NCBI GenBank assembly: GCA_963676075.2
Contig: CAXXNZ010000024.1
Coordinates: forward strand, 32,198-96,197
Length of the DNA: 64,000 bases
Source of the DNA: Devosiaceae bacterium
Lineage (GTDB): Bacteria > Pseudomonadota > Alphaproteobacteria > Rhizobiales > Devosiaceae
Reading direction: 5' to 3'
The notes under the pieces were generated by a model, which saw nothing but the letters and a program-made list of their open reading frames with translations, was not told where the DNA came from and searched no databases. Below are positions 50,057 to 59,268 of this stretch, piece by piece (position 1 is the stretch's first letter; the number at the start of each line of letters is the position of its first letter). The translations under genes and the position numbers were made by a program.

Positions 50057-51964
50057 TTATTGAGCGGGCTTCAGCTGGGTGAAGATATACTTCGAGTTCG
50101 ACCAGTTGTTGACGATATTGGCATAGGGCTTCTCTTCCGCAGTCGGGAAACCGGTCCAATAACGCGTATCGTAAGCCGAGAACACGTTGAACGACATGAT
50201 CGGCGTGATCGGCATCTCGTCCACCATCAGCTTGATGAACTCGTCGCCGAGCGCGACGTTGGCTTCATGATCGGTGAACTCGGTGACGCGCATCTTTTCG
50301 ATGATCGCATCGAGCCGCGGATCGGACCAACGCTGCCAGTTGCGGGACGGCTGACGTTCGCCAGGCGCTGCAACATAGTCGGAATGCCAGCTGTCGAGGA
50401 AGAAGCTGAGGTCGGGATTGCCGCCCCAGGTCTCGATCGACCAGGCCGTGGCAACATCGAACTGACCAAGATCAAGCGTGGTGCCGAAGATCACCGGGTC
50501 AGCGACCGGGGTCGTTTCGATACCGGCAAGCGTCCACTGCTGGGCGATGTCGGTGCCGAGACGGTTCACGACGCCATCGGTGAAGGTGTTGAGCGTGATC
50601 TTGAACTGCTCACCATCGGGCTTGAACCACTTGCCGCCCTGCTTGGTGAATCCGGCAGCCTCCAACAGCTCGGTTGAAGCCTGTTCGTTCTTCTTCCACC
50701 AGCCGTAACCGAACGACTTGTGGATCATGGCCTCTTCAGAGGGCACGGCCTCGCCGAACTGCGGCCGGACCATATCGGCGATACGGTCGCCAACGGTCGG
50801 ATCGTACGGCTTGATCTTCGACTTGCCGGTGTCCAGCTCGTAGTTGATCATGTAGTCCTGCAACGGCCCATGATAGTCGTCCGTATGCGTACCGGTCGGC
50901 GGCATGGCAATGGCGGAGAGCGTCGCAGCACCGCGATAGGATGCCATCGACATTTCCACCGGATCGAGCAGCAGGGTCAGGGCCCAGCGAACGCGCTTGT
51001 CGTCAAACGGCTTCTTCTGGTTGTTGAAGATCGCCATGATCAGCGTGGGATCGGGATGGGCATAGGGGAAGCCCGGGAACCAGCCACGTGCGTGTTCGTC
51101 CTGCTTGGCAAGGCTGAACATGCCTTCAGGCGACAGGTCGTGGATCATGTCGAGGTTGCCATTGACCATTTCGATCAGGCGCTTGTCGACGTCCGGAATT
51201 GACTGGTAGATGATGTACTTCGGCGCGGGTTCACCCCACAGGGCCAAAGCCGTCTTGTCCCAGTCCGGGCGCTTTTCCCAGATGTACCAGTAGCCGTTCG
51301 GGTCGTACGAATGCAGGGTGTACGGGCCCAGGCCGACCGGCGGGTTGAAGTTGAACGACTTCGGATCTTCCACAGCCTCGAAAACGTGCTTGGGCATGAT
51401 CCAGGCCGCGTTCCAACGCACCATGAACAGGGCGTGGAAGCGGGCATTCGGCTTCTTCAGCTTGAAGTGAACCGTATAGTCGTCCGGCGTGTCGACGCTT
51501 TCGACTGCGTCGGCGAACGGTGCGCTCCACTGATAGCCAGGGTTGTCCTTCTGAAGGTCGACCGTGTACTTGACGTCAGCGGAGGTGAACGGAACGCCAT
51601 CACTCCAGGTGATGCCGTCGCGCAGCTTCACGGTCATTTCCGTGAAGTCTTCATTGTACTGCCAGGGTTCAACGGCCAGTTCGTTGTAGAGCGAACCGTC
51701 GAGACCGGCATCCGGATCGATGAACCACAAGGTGTCGAGCACGAGCTGATGCAAGCCGTTCGAATTGGCGGCACCAGACCCGGCAACCCAAAGGTTGAAC
51801 GTGTCCGGATTGGAGGCGGGGGCCTCCGGATTGTTGATGATCAGTGTTTCGTTGCGTGGCAAATCCATCGTTGGCGCCAAAGCTGCGTCTTGCGCCATAG
51901 CCGAGGATGCAAAGCCAACAACCGCCATGGCGGCCGCAGCCGCCAGCGTAGTGAAGGTCTTCAT
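50057..51964 (-). CDS. ABC transporter substrate-binding protein, family 5 (peptide/oligosaccharide type)
   Basis: The track ORF extends to 52006. The likely start is ATG 51964, after GGGAGG, giving signal peptide MKTFTTLAAAAAMAVVGFASSAMA. Confidence 0.85.
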   Translation of the reverse strand: MKTFTTLAAAAAMAVVGFASSAMAQDAALAPTMDLPRNETLIINNPEAPASNPDTFNLWVAGSGAANSNGLHQLVLDTLWFIDPDAGLDGSLYNELAVEPWQYNEDFTEMTVKLRDGITWSDGVPFTSADVKYTVDLQKDNPGYQWSAPFADAVESVDTPDDYTVHFKLKKPNARFHALFMVRWNAAWIMPKHVFEAVEDPKSFNFNPPVGLGPYTLHSYDPNGYWYIWEKRPDWDKTALALWGEPAPKYIIYQSIPDVDKRLIEMVNGNLDMIHDLSPEGMFSLAKQDEHARGWFPGFPYAHPDPTLIMAIFNNQKKPFDDKRVRWALTLLLDPVEMSMASYRGAATLSAIAMPPTGTHTDDYHGPLQDYMINYELDTGKSKIKPYDPTVGDRIADMVRPQFGEAVPSEEAMIHKSFGYGWWKKNEQASTELLEAAGFTKQGGKWFKPDGEQFKITLNTFTDGVVNRLGTDIAQQWTLAGIETTPVADPVIFGTTLDLGQFDVATAWSIETWGGNPDLSFFLDSWHSDYVAAPGERQPSRNWQRWSDPRLDAIIEKMRVTEFTDHEANVALGDEFIKLMVDEMPITPIMSFNVFSAYDTRYWTGFPTAEEKPYANIVNNWSNSKYIFTQLKPAQ

Positions 51965-52139
51965 CGTATTCCTCCCATTCAGACGCCCACCTTTGAGGAC
52001 GCCCATGCATCAGCAGGCTACAATAACCCACACTTTTGTCAACATGATACGGGATACATACCTGCATTTATGATTTGGAAAAAAGATGGGCGCACTCGGT
52101 CAGAGCACGCCCAGTGCAGGTGGGAGGTATCTGGTGGGA

Positions 52140-53651
52140 TCAGGCCTTCAGCCGGATCACCTGATACGAGTAGGCCGGCAGCTCGAGGCTGACGGTTCCG
52201 CCCTCGACCGAGGCGCCCTGGCCGTCGCACGGGGCAACTTCTTCAGGCTTTTCCGGTGAGTTGACCGCTTCGAGATCGGGATGGGTCATCACCTTGTGTT
52301 CGATGATGCGCGCCGCGTCAAAGCCCTGCAGCGCGACGTCGAGCACGATGGCCTCGCTCGGATGGCGGTTGACGATGAACAGCGTCAACGTGCCGTCTTC
52401 CGCATTGTGCACCGCCGAGGCGTCGACATAGGGCACATTGTCGCCATGCTCGCAATCATAGCCCGGGCTGTTAACGTTGAGACGCAGAGCCGTGCCCCGG
52501 CCATAAATCGAGGCGTAGTAATAGGGGTAGTAGATGGTCTGCTTCCACGCCGGACCGCCCTTGACGGTCATGATCGGCGCGATGACGTTCACCAGCTGGG
52601 CGATGGCGGCGATCTTGACCACATCCGAACGCCGGATGAAGGTGTTGAGCGCCAGCCCGACCATCAGCACGTCTTCGAAGTTGTAGATGTCCTCAAGCAG
52701 ACCCGGCGCATGCGGCCAGCCGTCATTGCCCTCGAGGATCTTCCTGTCCTGCTCGTTCGAGTGGTACCACACGTTCCATTCGTCGAACGAGATGTAGACG
52801 TTCTTGTTGGAGCGCTTCTTGGCCTTCACATAATCGATCGTGCTGGCGACCGTGCCGATATAGCGATCCAGTTTCTCGTTCAATGCCAGGAAGTTGGCCG
52901 TGTTCTTCTCCGGATTGCGGAAGTACATGTGCAGTGAGATGTAATCGACGTTCTCGTAGGACTGGTCCAGCACCGTCGCTTCCCAGTCCGGATAGCTCGG
53001 CATGTCGGCATGCGAAGACCCGCACACCACAAGTTCGAGGTTCCTGTCGAAGGCCCTGACCGCCTTGGCGGTCTCGTTGGCCAGATGGCCATATTCGGCG
53101 GCGGACTTGTGACCGACCTGCCAGGGACCGTCCATCTCGTTGCCCAGCGCCCAGAGCTTGACGTTCCACGGGTCCTTGCGGCCGTTCTTCTTCCTGAGAT
53201 CCGACCAGTACGACCCGCCGGGATGATTGACGTATTCGATGAAGCTGCGCGCCTCGTCGAGCCCGCGTGAGCCAAGGTTCAACGCCAGCATCATCTCGGT
53301 GCCGACGCTGTCGGCCCAGTCGGCGAACTCGTGGATGCCGACCTCGTTGGATTCCGAGGTGTGCCAGGCCAGATCGAGCCGGGTCGGACGCTGGTCCTTG
53401 GGACCAACCCCGTCTTCCCAGTTGTAGGCGGAAACGAAATTGCCGCCCGGATAACGCACGATCGGCACATTGAGCGCCTTGACCATGTCGATCACGTCGC
53501 CGCGCATGCCATTGGCATCGGCGGTTGGATGGCCGGGCTCGTAGATGCCGGTATAGATCGCCCGCCCCAGGTGCTCGAGAAAAGCACCGTAGAGCCTCTT
53601 GTCGATCTCGGCGATGGTGAAATCCTTATGCGCCGTGATGGTCGCGCGCAT
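52140..53651 (-). CDS. abfA: alpha-L-arabinofuranosidase, GH51 (second, identical copy)
   Basis: Its 503-aa translation is identical to that of 16540..18051. Confidence 0.9.
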   Translation of the reverse strand: MRATITAHKDFTIAEIDKRLYGAFLEHLGRAIYTGIYEPGHPTADANGMRGDVIDMVKALNVPIVRYPGGNFVSAYNWEDGVGPKDQRPTRLDLAWHTSESNEVGIHEFADWADSVGTEMMLALNLGSRGLDEARSFIEYVNHPGGSYWSDLRKKNGRKDPWNVKLWALGNEMDGPWQVGHKSAAEYGHLANETAKAVRAFDRNLELVVCGSSHADMPSYPDWEATVLDQSYENVDYISLHMYFRNPEKNTANFLALNEKLDRYIGTVASTIDYVKAKKRSNKNVYISFDEWNVWYHSNEQDRKILEGNDGWPHAPGLLEDIYNFEDVLMVGLALNTFIRRSDVVKIAAIAQLVNVIAPIMTVKGGPAWKQTIYYPYYYASIYGRGTALRLNVNSPGYDCEHGDNVPYVDASAVHNAEDGTLTLFIVNRHPSEAIVLDVALQGFDAARIIEHKVMTHPDLEAVNSPEKPEEVAPCDGQGASVEGGTVSLELPAYSYQVIRLKA

Positions 53652-53748
53652 GGCTCCCTCCCCTAAAAAGCAATATTATTGGTCTGTACCTGTTCCTCGG
53701 ATACATATGAGCGCGACAAACCCCACCCGTCAAGACGCAATCAAACCC

Positions 53749-53812
53749 TCATCGCTGCTGGTACAACCGCAAAACAATGTCCTGGTCGTAGTTCCCAAAG
53801 CCTCGGCCGAAG
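53749..53812 (-). pseudogene. 3'-terminal 64-nt remnant of the ArsR-type regulator gene
   Basis: Corresponds to 18149-18212 (stop codon plus the last ~20 codons). Upstream of 53812 the sequence is unrelated to the regulator gene. Confidence 0.7.
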
Positions 53813-54103
53813 CCTCATGCATCGGGTAGCGAGCGACTGATAATCCTGAAGAACGAGCGCGGGCGAGGATTCGGGCGCGACACGCGTTGTCGCTTCCGGG
53901 CCTGGCGTTCACATCGGCTGATGCGGCTTGCTGCATGGGAGGAAAGTGCAAGAGTCTGTTTCCCCGAATGGTCTTGTCGGATCGATCGAACGACCGCCGC
54001 GCCTTGGGGCAGGAAGAGCTCTTGCTGGGCAAATAGCCTGTATCGCATCCGAGCAGGTGGTTCGGATGCGAGCGGGAGCGGGCTTTTGCTGGGTCGGTGC
54101 CCG

Positions 54104-54355
54104 CTATTTGGCATCTCCGACCGCGAATCGGGAAGCTGATCCTGTACTGGCAGCTTTTGCGCCGCGGCGAGGCTTGGCGGCTTGCCATCCCGCCTGACCT
54201 AATCCTGTGCCGGAGGGCAGATGCAGTGTCTTCGGACCGCTGGCACGGGGTGCGGGCTGATCAGTCGTCGCCTCGGTCGGCTTGGCAACGTGGTCCACCA
54301 CTTGGGTGAACTCGGCAAAAAGTGTCTCGGCGCGCTTTCGCGCTGGTGTTTGCAT
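54104..54355 (-). CDS. hypothetical small protein (weak call)
   Basis: 83-aa ORF MQTPARKRAETLFAEFTQVV... with AAGGA upstream. No recognisable family, and it sits in an ORF-poor stretch. Confidence 0.2.
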   Translation of the reverse strand: MQTPARKRAETLFAEFTQVVDHVAKPTEATTDQPAPRASGPKTLHLPSGTGLGQAGWQAAKPRRGAKAASTGSASRFAVGDAK

Positions 54356-54386
54356 TTTTCGGTATCCTTGAAGAGATGGGCGGCGC

Positions 54387-54410
54387 GGGACCGTCTCGAA
54401 AGACGGTCCC
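54387..54410 (-). terminator. stem-loop downstream of cspA
   Basis: GGGACCGTCT pairs with AGACGGTCCC (perfect 10-bp stem, 4-nt loop) 9 nt after the csp stop. There is no clear T tract on the minus strand. Confidence 0.45.
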
Positions 54411-54418
54411 GTTTCTGC

Positions 54419-54628
54419 CTAGTCGGCCATTTGCAGATTGGTTGCCGAAACCCTGCCGTCACGACCATTCTCGAGCTCGTAGGAGAGCTTCTGGCCTTCC
54501 GCGAGGCCGGTCATTCCGCCCTGCTCAACCGCGGAAACATGGACGAATGCGTCCTTTCCACCGTCGTCGGGAGAGATGAAGCCAAAGCCTTTTGTGGAAT
54601 TGTAGAACTTAACTGTACCAGTAATCAT
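54419..54628 (-). CDS. cspA: cold-shock protein (CspA family)
   Basis: 69 aa. MITGTVKFYNSTKGFGFISPDDGGKDAFVHVSAV carries the RNP1/RNP2 motifs. A long untranslated leader lies upstream. Confidence 0.95.
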   Translation of the reverse strand: MITGTVKFYNSTKGFGFISPDDGGKDAFVHVSAVEQGGMTGLAEGQKLSYELENGRDGRVSATNLQMAD

Positions 54629-54953
54629 AAGTAATTGCCTTAGTTTGCCCGAGCATGACGCATGCGGACGCGTTTTCCCTGCGCAACAGGCGCAGGAACC
54701 TAAACGTTCGCAATGTCAACGGAAAACCAAGCACGCCGGTAGGCCGGCAGATCAGATAGCCAAGGACGGCTGAAAACGTACGCTTACACGGATAGGCCGC
54801 TAAAGTGTTTTTTTCAAGACAAATTCCTTAAAGTGCGAGACTGGAGGGCAGCCGCCGCTTTAAATGACAAATAATTCGCCCCGAATAGGTGCACGTGTTA
54901 ACGTTCTCTTAGCGCTGGCAATATTGTCGGCGCACCTATCGATTGGAAAAATC

Positions 54954-55304
54954 ATGCAAATGCCGGACTGGACGAAACCCGCGCTTATGGGCGCGGCGGC
55001 GGGCGCCGTCGTACTGGCTATTCTGGGCTTTACCTGGGGCGGCTGGGTAAGTGGCGGGGCGGCACAGGATATGGCGGACAAGCAGATTCAAACGGCGGTC
55101 GCCTCCGCATTGACACCCTACTGCGTTCTGAAGTCGCAAACCGATCCGAACCGGGTCGCCGTGCAAGGGGAACTCGACACCGCTTCCGGTTACCAGCATC
55201 AGACAATCATCGAAAAGGCCGGATGGGCCACGCCTCTGGGAGAGGATGCGCCGAACCACCAACTGGCACGCGCCTGCCTGACAGCCCTGAACGATAAGAG
55301 CTGA
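54954..55304 (+). CDS. hypothetical membrane protein
   Basis: The track ORF starts at 54864. The likely start is ATG 54954 (MQMPDWTKPALMGAAAGAVVLAILGF), giving one TM helix and then a soluble domain. Confidence 0.45.
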   Translation: MQMPDWTKPALMGAAAGAVVLAILGFTWGGWVSGGAAQDMADKQIQTAVASALTPYCVLKSQTDPNRVAVQGELDTASGYQHQTIIEKAGWATPLGEDAPNHQLARACLTALNDKS

Positions 55305-55879
55305 CTCTTTCTCCGCAACTGCGCCTTGGCGCAAACCAACGCCGGGTCGGCATTTCGTTCGACCCGGCCTGCCGGCCACCCGTTGGATTGAATAAAATCG
55401 AAATCCGGGACTGGCCATCAAGCCGATCATGTTGCCTTTTGCCGGCGAACATATGAATTTCATCGCGGCGATATTTTCATTCCAGCACAAATATTATCGG
55501 GAATGCGAAGAAGAACAGGGCCGGAGCTCCTAAAAATCGTGCCCTAAAAGTGAAATTCTGGGCACCTTCGAAAACTTTCGTTCGAAAAATACTCGGCACC
55601 TTCCTCTTGATAGTTTTCATGGAAAGGACCATATCGATGGTAGGCAAGATTTAGTGGCTTTCGCCATTTACCTACGACCCTTGCGCCCGTTCCAGGTTCA
55701 GGTTTTCGCTGAACCCGAAGCCATTGTTTCGCTCCCGGCGCAACAATCTCTCCGAATGGTCCTCTGATCCGACCTTGCTTCTGTGGGCGACCTATGCCCT
55801 GGGTCGGCGCGCGCAGCCTTTCGCCTTCGACTTCGACCCCGGCAATGACCGCCTACGTGGCGGCGGAAGGTAGCGATAA

Positions 55880-56020
55880 ATGGCAAAGAGTCAGAAACGC
55901 AGCAATCGGGAACCGAAAAAGCCAAAGGCAGCACGAGCTCCCAAGGAGACCCTGCCCGCATCAGGACTGTCCGTTTCCGGCAAGCTCGAACGCTCCACGT
56001 CTCCCCATAAAGGGCGGTAA
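55880..56020 (+). CDS. small basic hypothetical protein, 46 aa (below the ORF-track cutoff)
   Basis: My translation is MAKSQKRSNREPKKPKAARAPKETLPASGLSVSGKLERSTSPHKGR. It ends 4 nt before the next ORF. The lysine-rich N-terminus resembles small proteins I recall from other alphaproteobacteria, which I have not verified. Confidence 0.3.
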   Translation: MAKSQKRSNREPKKPKAARAPKETLPASGLSVSGKLERSTSPHKGR

Positions 56021-56024
56021 GCTC

Positions 56025-56306
56025 ATGGAGTCCATTCGAACCACCGAGTCCGTGGTTACCTTTCACCACCCTTTCACTCTGCCTTCGGTGGGCGCCACGC
56101 AGCCGGCCGGCACCTATCGGCTGGTTGTTGACGAGGCGGAAATCGACGGGCTGAGCTTCAACGCCTATCGCCGCATCGCAACCATGCTGCATCTGCCAGC
56201 AATCGGGGTCGATGCTGCAAAGCAACAGGTTTTTGTCGTCGAACCGCGCGAACTCGAAGCGGCGATGACGGCAGACGCAACCGAACCAATGGAAAGCTGC
56301 CGCTGA
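56025..56306 (+). CDS. hypothetical protein
   Basis: The likely start ATG 56025 gives MESIRTTESVVTFHHPFTLPSVGATQPAGTYRLVVDEAEI... (93 aa). Confidence 0.45.
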   Translation: MESIRTTESVVTFHHPFTLPSVGATQPAGTYRLVVDEAEIDGLSFNAYRRIATMLHLPAIGVDAAKQQVFVVEPRELEAAMTADATEPMESCR

Positions 56307-56608
56307 TGCAATATCTTGGAAAGATCTCCGGTCGCGGCGTGCTTCAGCGCATGGGCCTTGCCGTCGCCAATGCCGATTACGAGATCGAGGTATTCCGGCT
56401 CAATCAGGGTCTGGTGAAAGCCTCGGGTGAAATGTCGCTTAAAAACGACGCGACGACAAACATGACAGGCGTATCCAACATGCAATTGCTGACGGATACC
56501 GGCGAGGTTCTGGAAATCAAGCGACCAAAGGCCGACCGCCCTCTTGGACGGTTCTTCGATTTCGAGGTGACGGGAAACATTGACGGCGTCGGAAGCTGGC
56601 ATCGCTGA
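56306..56608 (+). CDS. hypothetical protein
   Basis: 100-aa ORF whose ATG overlaps the upstream TGA (TGATG), suggesting translational coupling. Confidence 0.4.
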   Translation: MQYLGKISGRGVLQRMGLAVANADYEIEVFRLNQGLVKASGEMSLKNDATTNMTGVSNMQLLTDTGEVLEIKRPKADRPLGRFFDFEVTGNIDGVGSWHR

Positions 56609-56742
56609 TGCACCCACATGCGGCGCTATGACCTGCCATCGCCGCAGTTTCCTGCTGACCGTTGGACGGTGACGGTTTCTGTCAGGGCCGACGCGGTCGC
56701 GCGTCTCCCAACCATCCCCATACGCTCAGAAAAGGAGCCGGA

Positions 56743-57588
56743 ATGCTCATTCGGTTCGGATATGAAATCACTGTCGCCTGCACGCAGCCGACGGCCATGA
56801 TCTCGCTCATGTCCGTTCATGGCGAGCGAGCGGCAGACATGCGCAGTCCGGAGCGGGTGGTGACGACCCCGCCTGTGGAGACGTCCATCTATTACGACCT
56901 CGCCGGCAATACCTGCCGGCGCTTTGTTGCGCCAGCGGGTGATTTCACCATCTGGAGCGACGGCACGATCGAAGACAGTGGCGAGCCCGATCCCCAAATC
57001 ACCGACGCGCAAGAGGTCCCGGTGCGGGATATCCCCGACGCGGCCCTCGTTTATCTGCTCGGCAGCCGCTATTGCGAAACGGACCGTTTGAGCCAGATCG
57101 CCTGGGATCTGTTCGGCCACATGCAGCCGGGCTGGTCCCGCGTTCAGGCCGTCTGCGATTACGTTAACGACAGGATCCGCTTCGACTATCAGAAGGCGAA
57201 ATCGACGCGGACGGCGTTCGAGACCTATGAGGAGCGGGTCGGCGTTTGTCGCGACTATGCGCATCTGGCAATCGCGTTCTGCCGATGCCTCAATATCCCG
57301 GCGCGTTATGTGAACGGCTTTCTCGGCGATATCGGGGTTTCGATCATGGCGCCCGACGACTTCAGCGCCTGGATGGAAGTCTATCTGGGTGGACAGTGGG
57401 TGACGTTCGATCCCCGCAACAACACGCCTCGCATCGGGCGCATCATCGTGGCACGCGGCCGCGATGCCGCCGATGTCCCGCTCATCAACTCCTTCGGCCC
57501 GCACACCCTGAAGTCGTTCCGGGTCTGGACCTATGATGTAACGGGGCTGCCGTCCCCCAACGATAATGACAGCGACAGCGGAAATTAG
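56743..57588 (+). CDS. transglutaminase-like cysteine peptidase family protein
   Basis: The likely start is ATG 56743, after GGAG. Core motif GVCRDYAHLAIAFCRCLNIPARYVNGF, with downstream H/D residues (AWMEVYLGGQWVTFDP). Confidence 0.85.
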   Translation: MLIRFGYEITVACTQPTAMISLMSVHGERAADMRSPERVVTTPPVETSIYYDLAGNTCRRFVAPAGDFTIWSDGTIEDSGEPDPQITDAQEVPVRDIPDAALVYLLGSRYCETDRLSQIAWDLFGHMQPGWSRVQAVCDYVNDRIRFDYQKAKSTRTAFETYEERVGVCRDYAHLAIAFCRCLNIPARYVNGFLGDIGVSIMAPDDFSAWMEVYLGGQWVTFDPRNNTPRIGRIIVARGRDAADVPLINSFGPHTLKSFRVWTYDVTGLPSPNDNDSDSGN

Positions 57589-57637
57589 CAGCGGGTCACG
57601 CCATGGCCGAGCAACGCTCGCCCGTCAGCACTGGAAG

Positions 57638-57898
57638 CTATCTTCGCGTCACGACAACCGCGATGCTCTTCAGACTATCGGGTTCCGCCGGCGCCACCGC
57701 CGCCGCCACACCGTTGGACAGATCCGGCTCCTCGACAACCCGTTCATTGTTTTCGTTGACGCACTTGACCCTATAGATCGCCGGCCCGGTGTCGTAGGGC
57801 AGGCAGGCAAGCACCTTGCAGGCGCCCTGTGGCCGATTGCTGCGCAACGGCGCCGAAGACAGCTCCAGCATCTGACCGACTTTGAACTTGTGCGGCAT
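57638..57898 (-). CDS. hypothetical protein
   Basis: 86-aa ORF MPHKFKVGQMLELSSAPLRSNRPQGACKVLACLPYDTGPAIYRVKCVNENNERVVEEPDL. Confidence 0.45.
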   Translation of the reverse strand: MPHKFKVGQMLELSSAPLRSNRPQGACKVLACLPYDTGPAIYRVKCVNENNERVVEEPDLSNGVAAAVAPAEPDSLKSIAVVVTRR

Positions 57899-58114
57899 GA
57901 TCCGCTCCTCGCAATTGGGAGCGCGTAACGCTCCAAAGGCATTCTTGGATTTTTCAATGCCGGGTTCCGCCGAAATGCGGTCGAGGGCCCTGTCGGTGTC
58001 CCGCAGACGGCCTTGCTTGTCAACGTCGCAATGGCGCGCCGGATCGCTCAGCGATCGTCTCGGCAGCTCTGGCCGCGCGTCATGGATTGAGAAACGCGAC
58101 CGCGATTCTGCGCA

Positions 58115-59116
58115 TCACGGCAGGTTTTCACCGAAATATATCTGAAGCGGCACCGGAGAAGCTGGCGGGAAAGGCTCGCCCTTCGTTGCCAGATCAAGCA
58201 TGCGGAACGCCGTGTCTGCTTCTTTCACCGGGTCCTGGGCAATCAGGGCGTCGATGACCCCAGCGAGCATCAGATTGCGCGAGAAAACCGACAGTTCATG
58301 CGCAATGAAGGTGACCTCCTGCGCCCGCTTTGCCTCTTCAAGTCCGGCAGCGATGCCCCTGTTGCCGCCCGCCACATTGTAGATGCCGCACAAGTCGTCA
58401 TGTGCCGACAAAAGATCCGTCATGGCCTGGTGCGACGCGGAAATGCCGTCATGAGTATCCGGAGCCAGAACGATGCCGAGCCCAGGAGCCATTTCCGCCA
58501 GCTTGGCCCGAAACCCGTTCTCGCGTTCCTCGTGACCGCGATAACTCGGAGAGCCACGGAACAGGGCAACCTTGCCTTTTTCGCGACCGTTGAGATGCAG
58601 ACACATCAGATGCCCCGCCAGCCGCCCGGCAGCGCGATTGTCGACGCCGACATAGGCGGCACGATCGCTGTTGGCGATGTCCGAGACCAATGACACGACA
58701 GGAATGTTTCGCGTCGAGAGCTCGCGAATGGCCTCGCGCACCAGCGGGTGGTCAAGGACAATCGCCGCGAAGCCGGTGACTCCCTCGCAATGCTGAAATT
58801 CGTGACACAGCGACGCGACGTCGAAGTTCTCGACCCGGACCAGACTGGTCTCGATCCCTTCCGCCTCAAGGGCACGACCACGCTGCTCGATCGCCTTGGA
58901 CAGCATCGACAAGAAGCTGTTGGTGCCGCCAGGAACAAGAAAACGGAAATGCCGTTTCGTGCCGCCGGCCGCCTGTGGCGAACTCATGGCAAAGCCCAGC
59001 TTCCTGGCGGCCAACTCGATTTTCTCGCGTGTTTTGTCGCGCACCTTGCCGCGGCCGTTCAACACCCGGTCCACTGTCGAAACCGAGACGCCTGCGGCGC
59101 GCGCGATGTCCTTCAT
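58115..59116 (-). CDS. LacI family transcriptional regulator
   Basis: The likely start ATG 59116 gives the HTH MKDIARAAGVSVSTVDRVLNGRGKV. The C-terminal domain is a periplasmic-binding-protein-like sugar-binding domain. Confidence 0.85.
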   Translation of the reverse strand: MKDIARAAGVSVSTVDRVLNGRGKVRDKTREKIELAARKLGFAMSSPQAAGGTKRHFRFLVPGGTNSFLSMLSKAIEQRGRALEAEGIETSLVRVENFDVASLCHEFQHCEGVTGFAAIVLDHPLVREAIRELSTRNIPVVSLVSDIANSDRAAYVGVDNRAAGRLAGHLMCLHLNGREKGKVALFRGSPSYRGHEERENGFRAKLAEMAPGLGIVLAPDTHDGISASHQAMTDLLSAHDDLCGIYNVAGGNRGIAAGLEEAKRAQEVTFIAHELSVFSRNLMLAGVIDALIAQDPVKEADTAFRMLDLATKGEPFPPASPVPLQIYFGENLP

Positions 59117-59210
59117 TCCGGTCCTGATCACGTCCGCTCTCCCTTGGGGGAACACCAAGATGACGTATTATTCGTCATTTTTCAAGAATTATTGACATCA
59201 TCAATGCCAC

Positions 59211-59230
59211 TGATGTAACGAATTCCATCA
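59211..59230. promoter_or_regulatory. imperfect 20-bp palindrome, candidate LacI-type operator
   Basis: TGATGTAACG/AATTCCATCA (7 of 10 positions symmetric) lies in the AT-rich divergent region between lacI and the permease gene. A second inverted repeat, TGACG-N7-CGTCA, is at 59161-59177. Confidence 0.2.
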
Positions 59231-59268
59231 TAAAAATGAATAATTAGCTGTCATACAGGGAGGATGCG

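Larger units (their letters stand above)
52042..53812. repeat. 1,771-bp direct repeat, copy 2 (abfA plus flanks)
   Basis: See copy 1. The left edge lies 78 bp from the SBP start codon. The right edge lies inside what is the regulator gene in copy 1. Confidence 0.95.

Noticed and set aside
59192-59204. TTGACATCATCAA as a FixK/FNR-type box in the lacI-ABC divergent region.
   Set aside because: The spacing is TTGA-N5-TCAA, not N6. It is more simply read as a -35-like TTGACA in an AT-rich promoter region.
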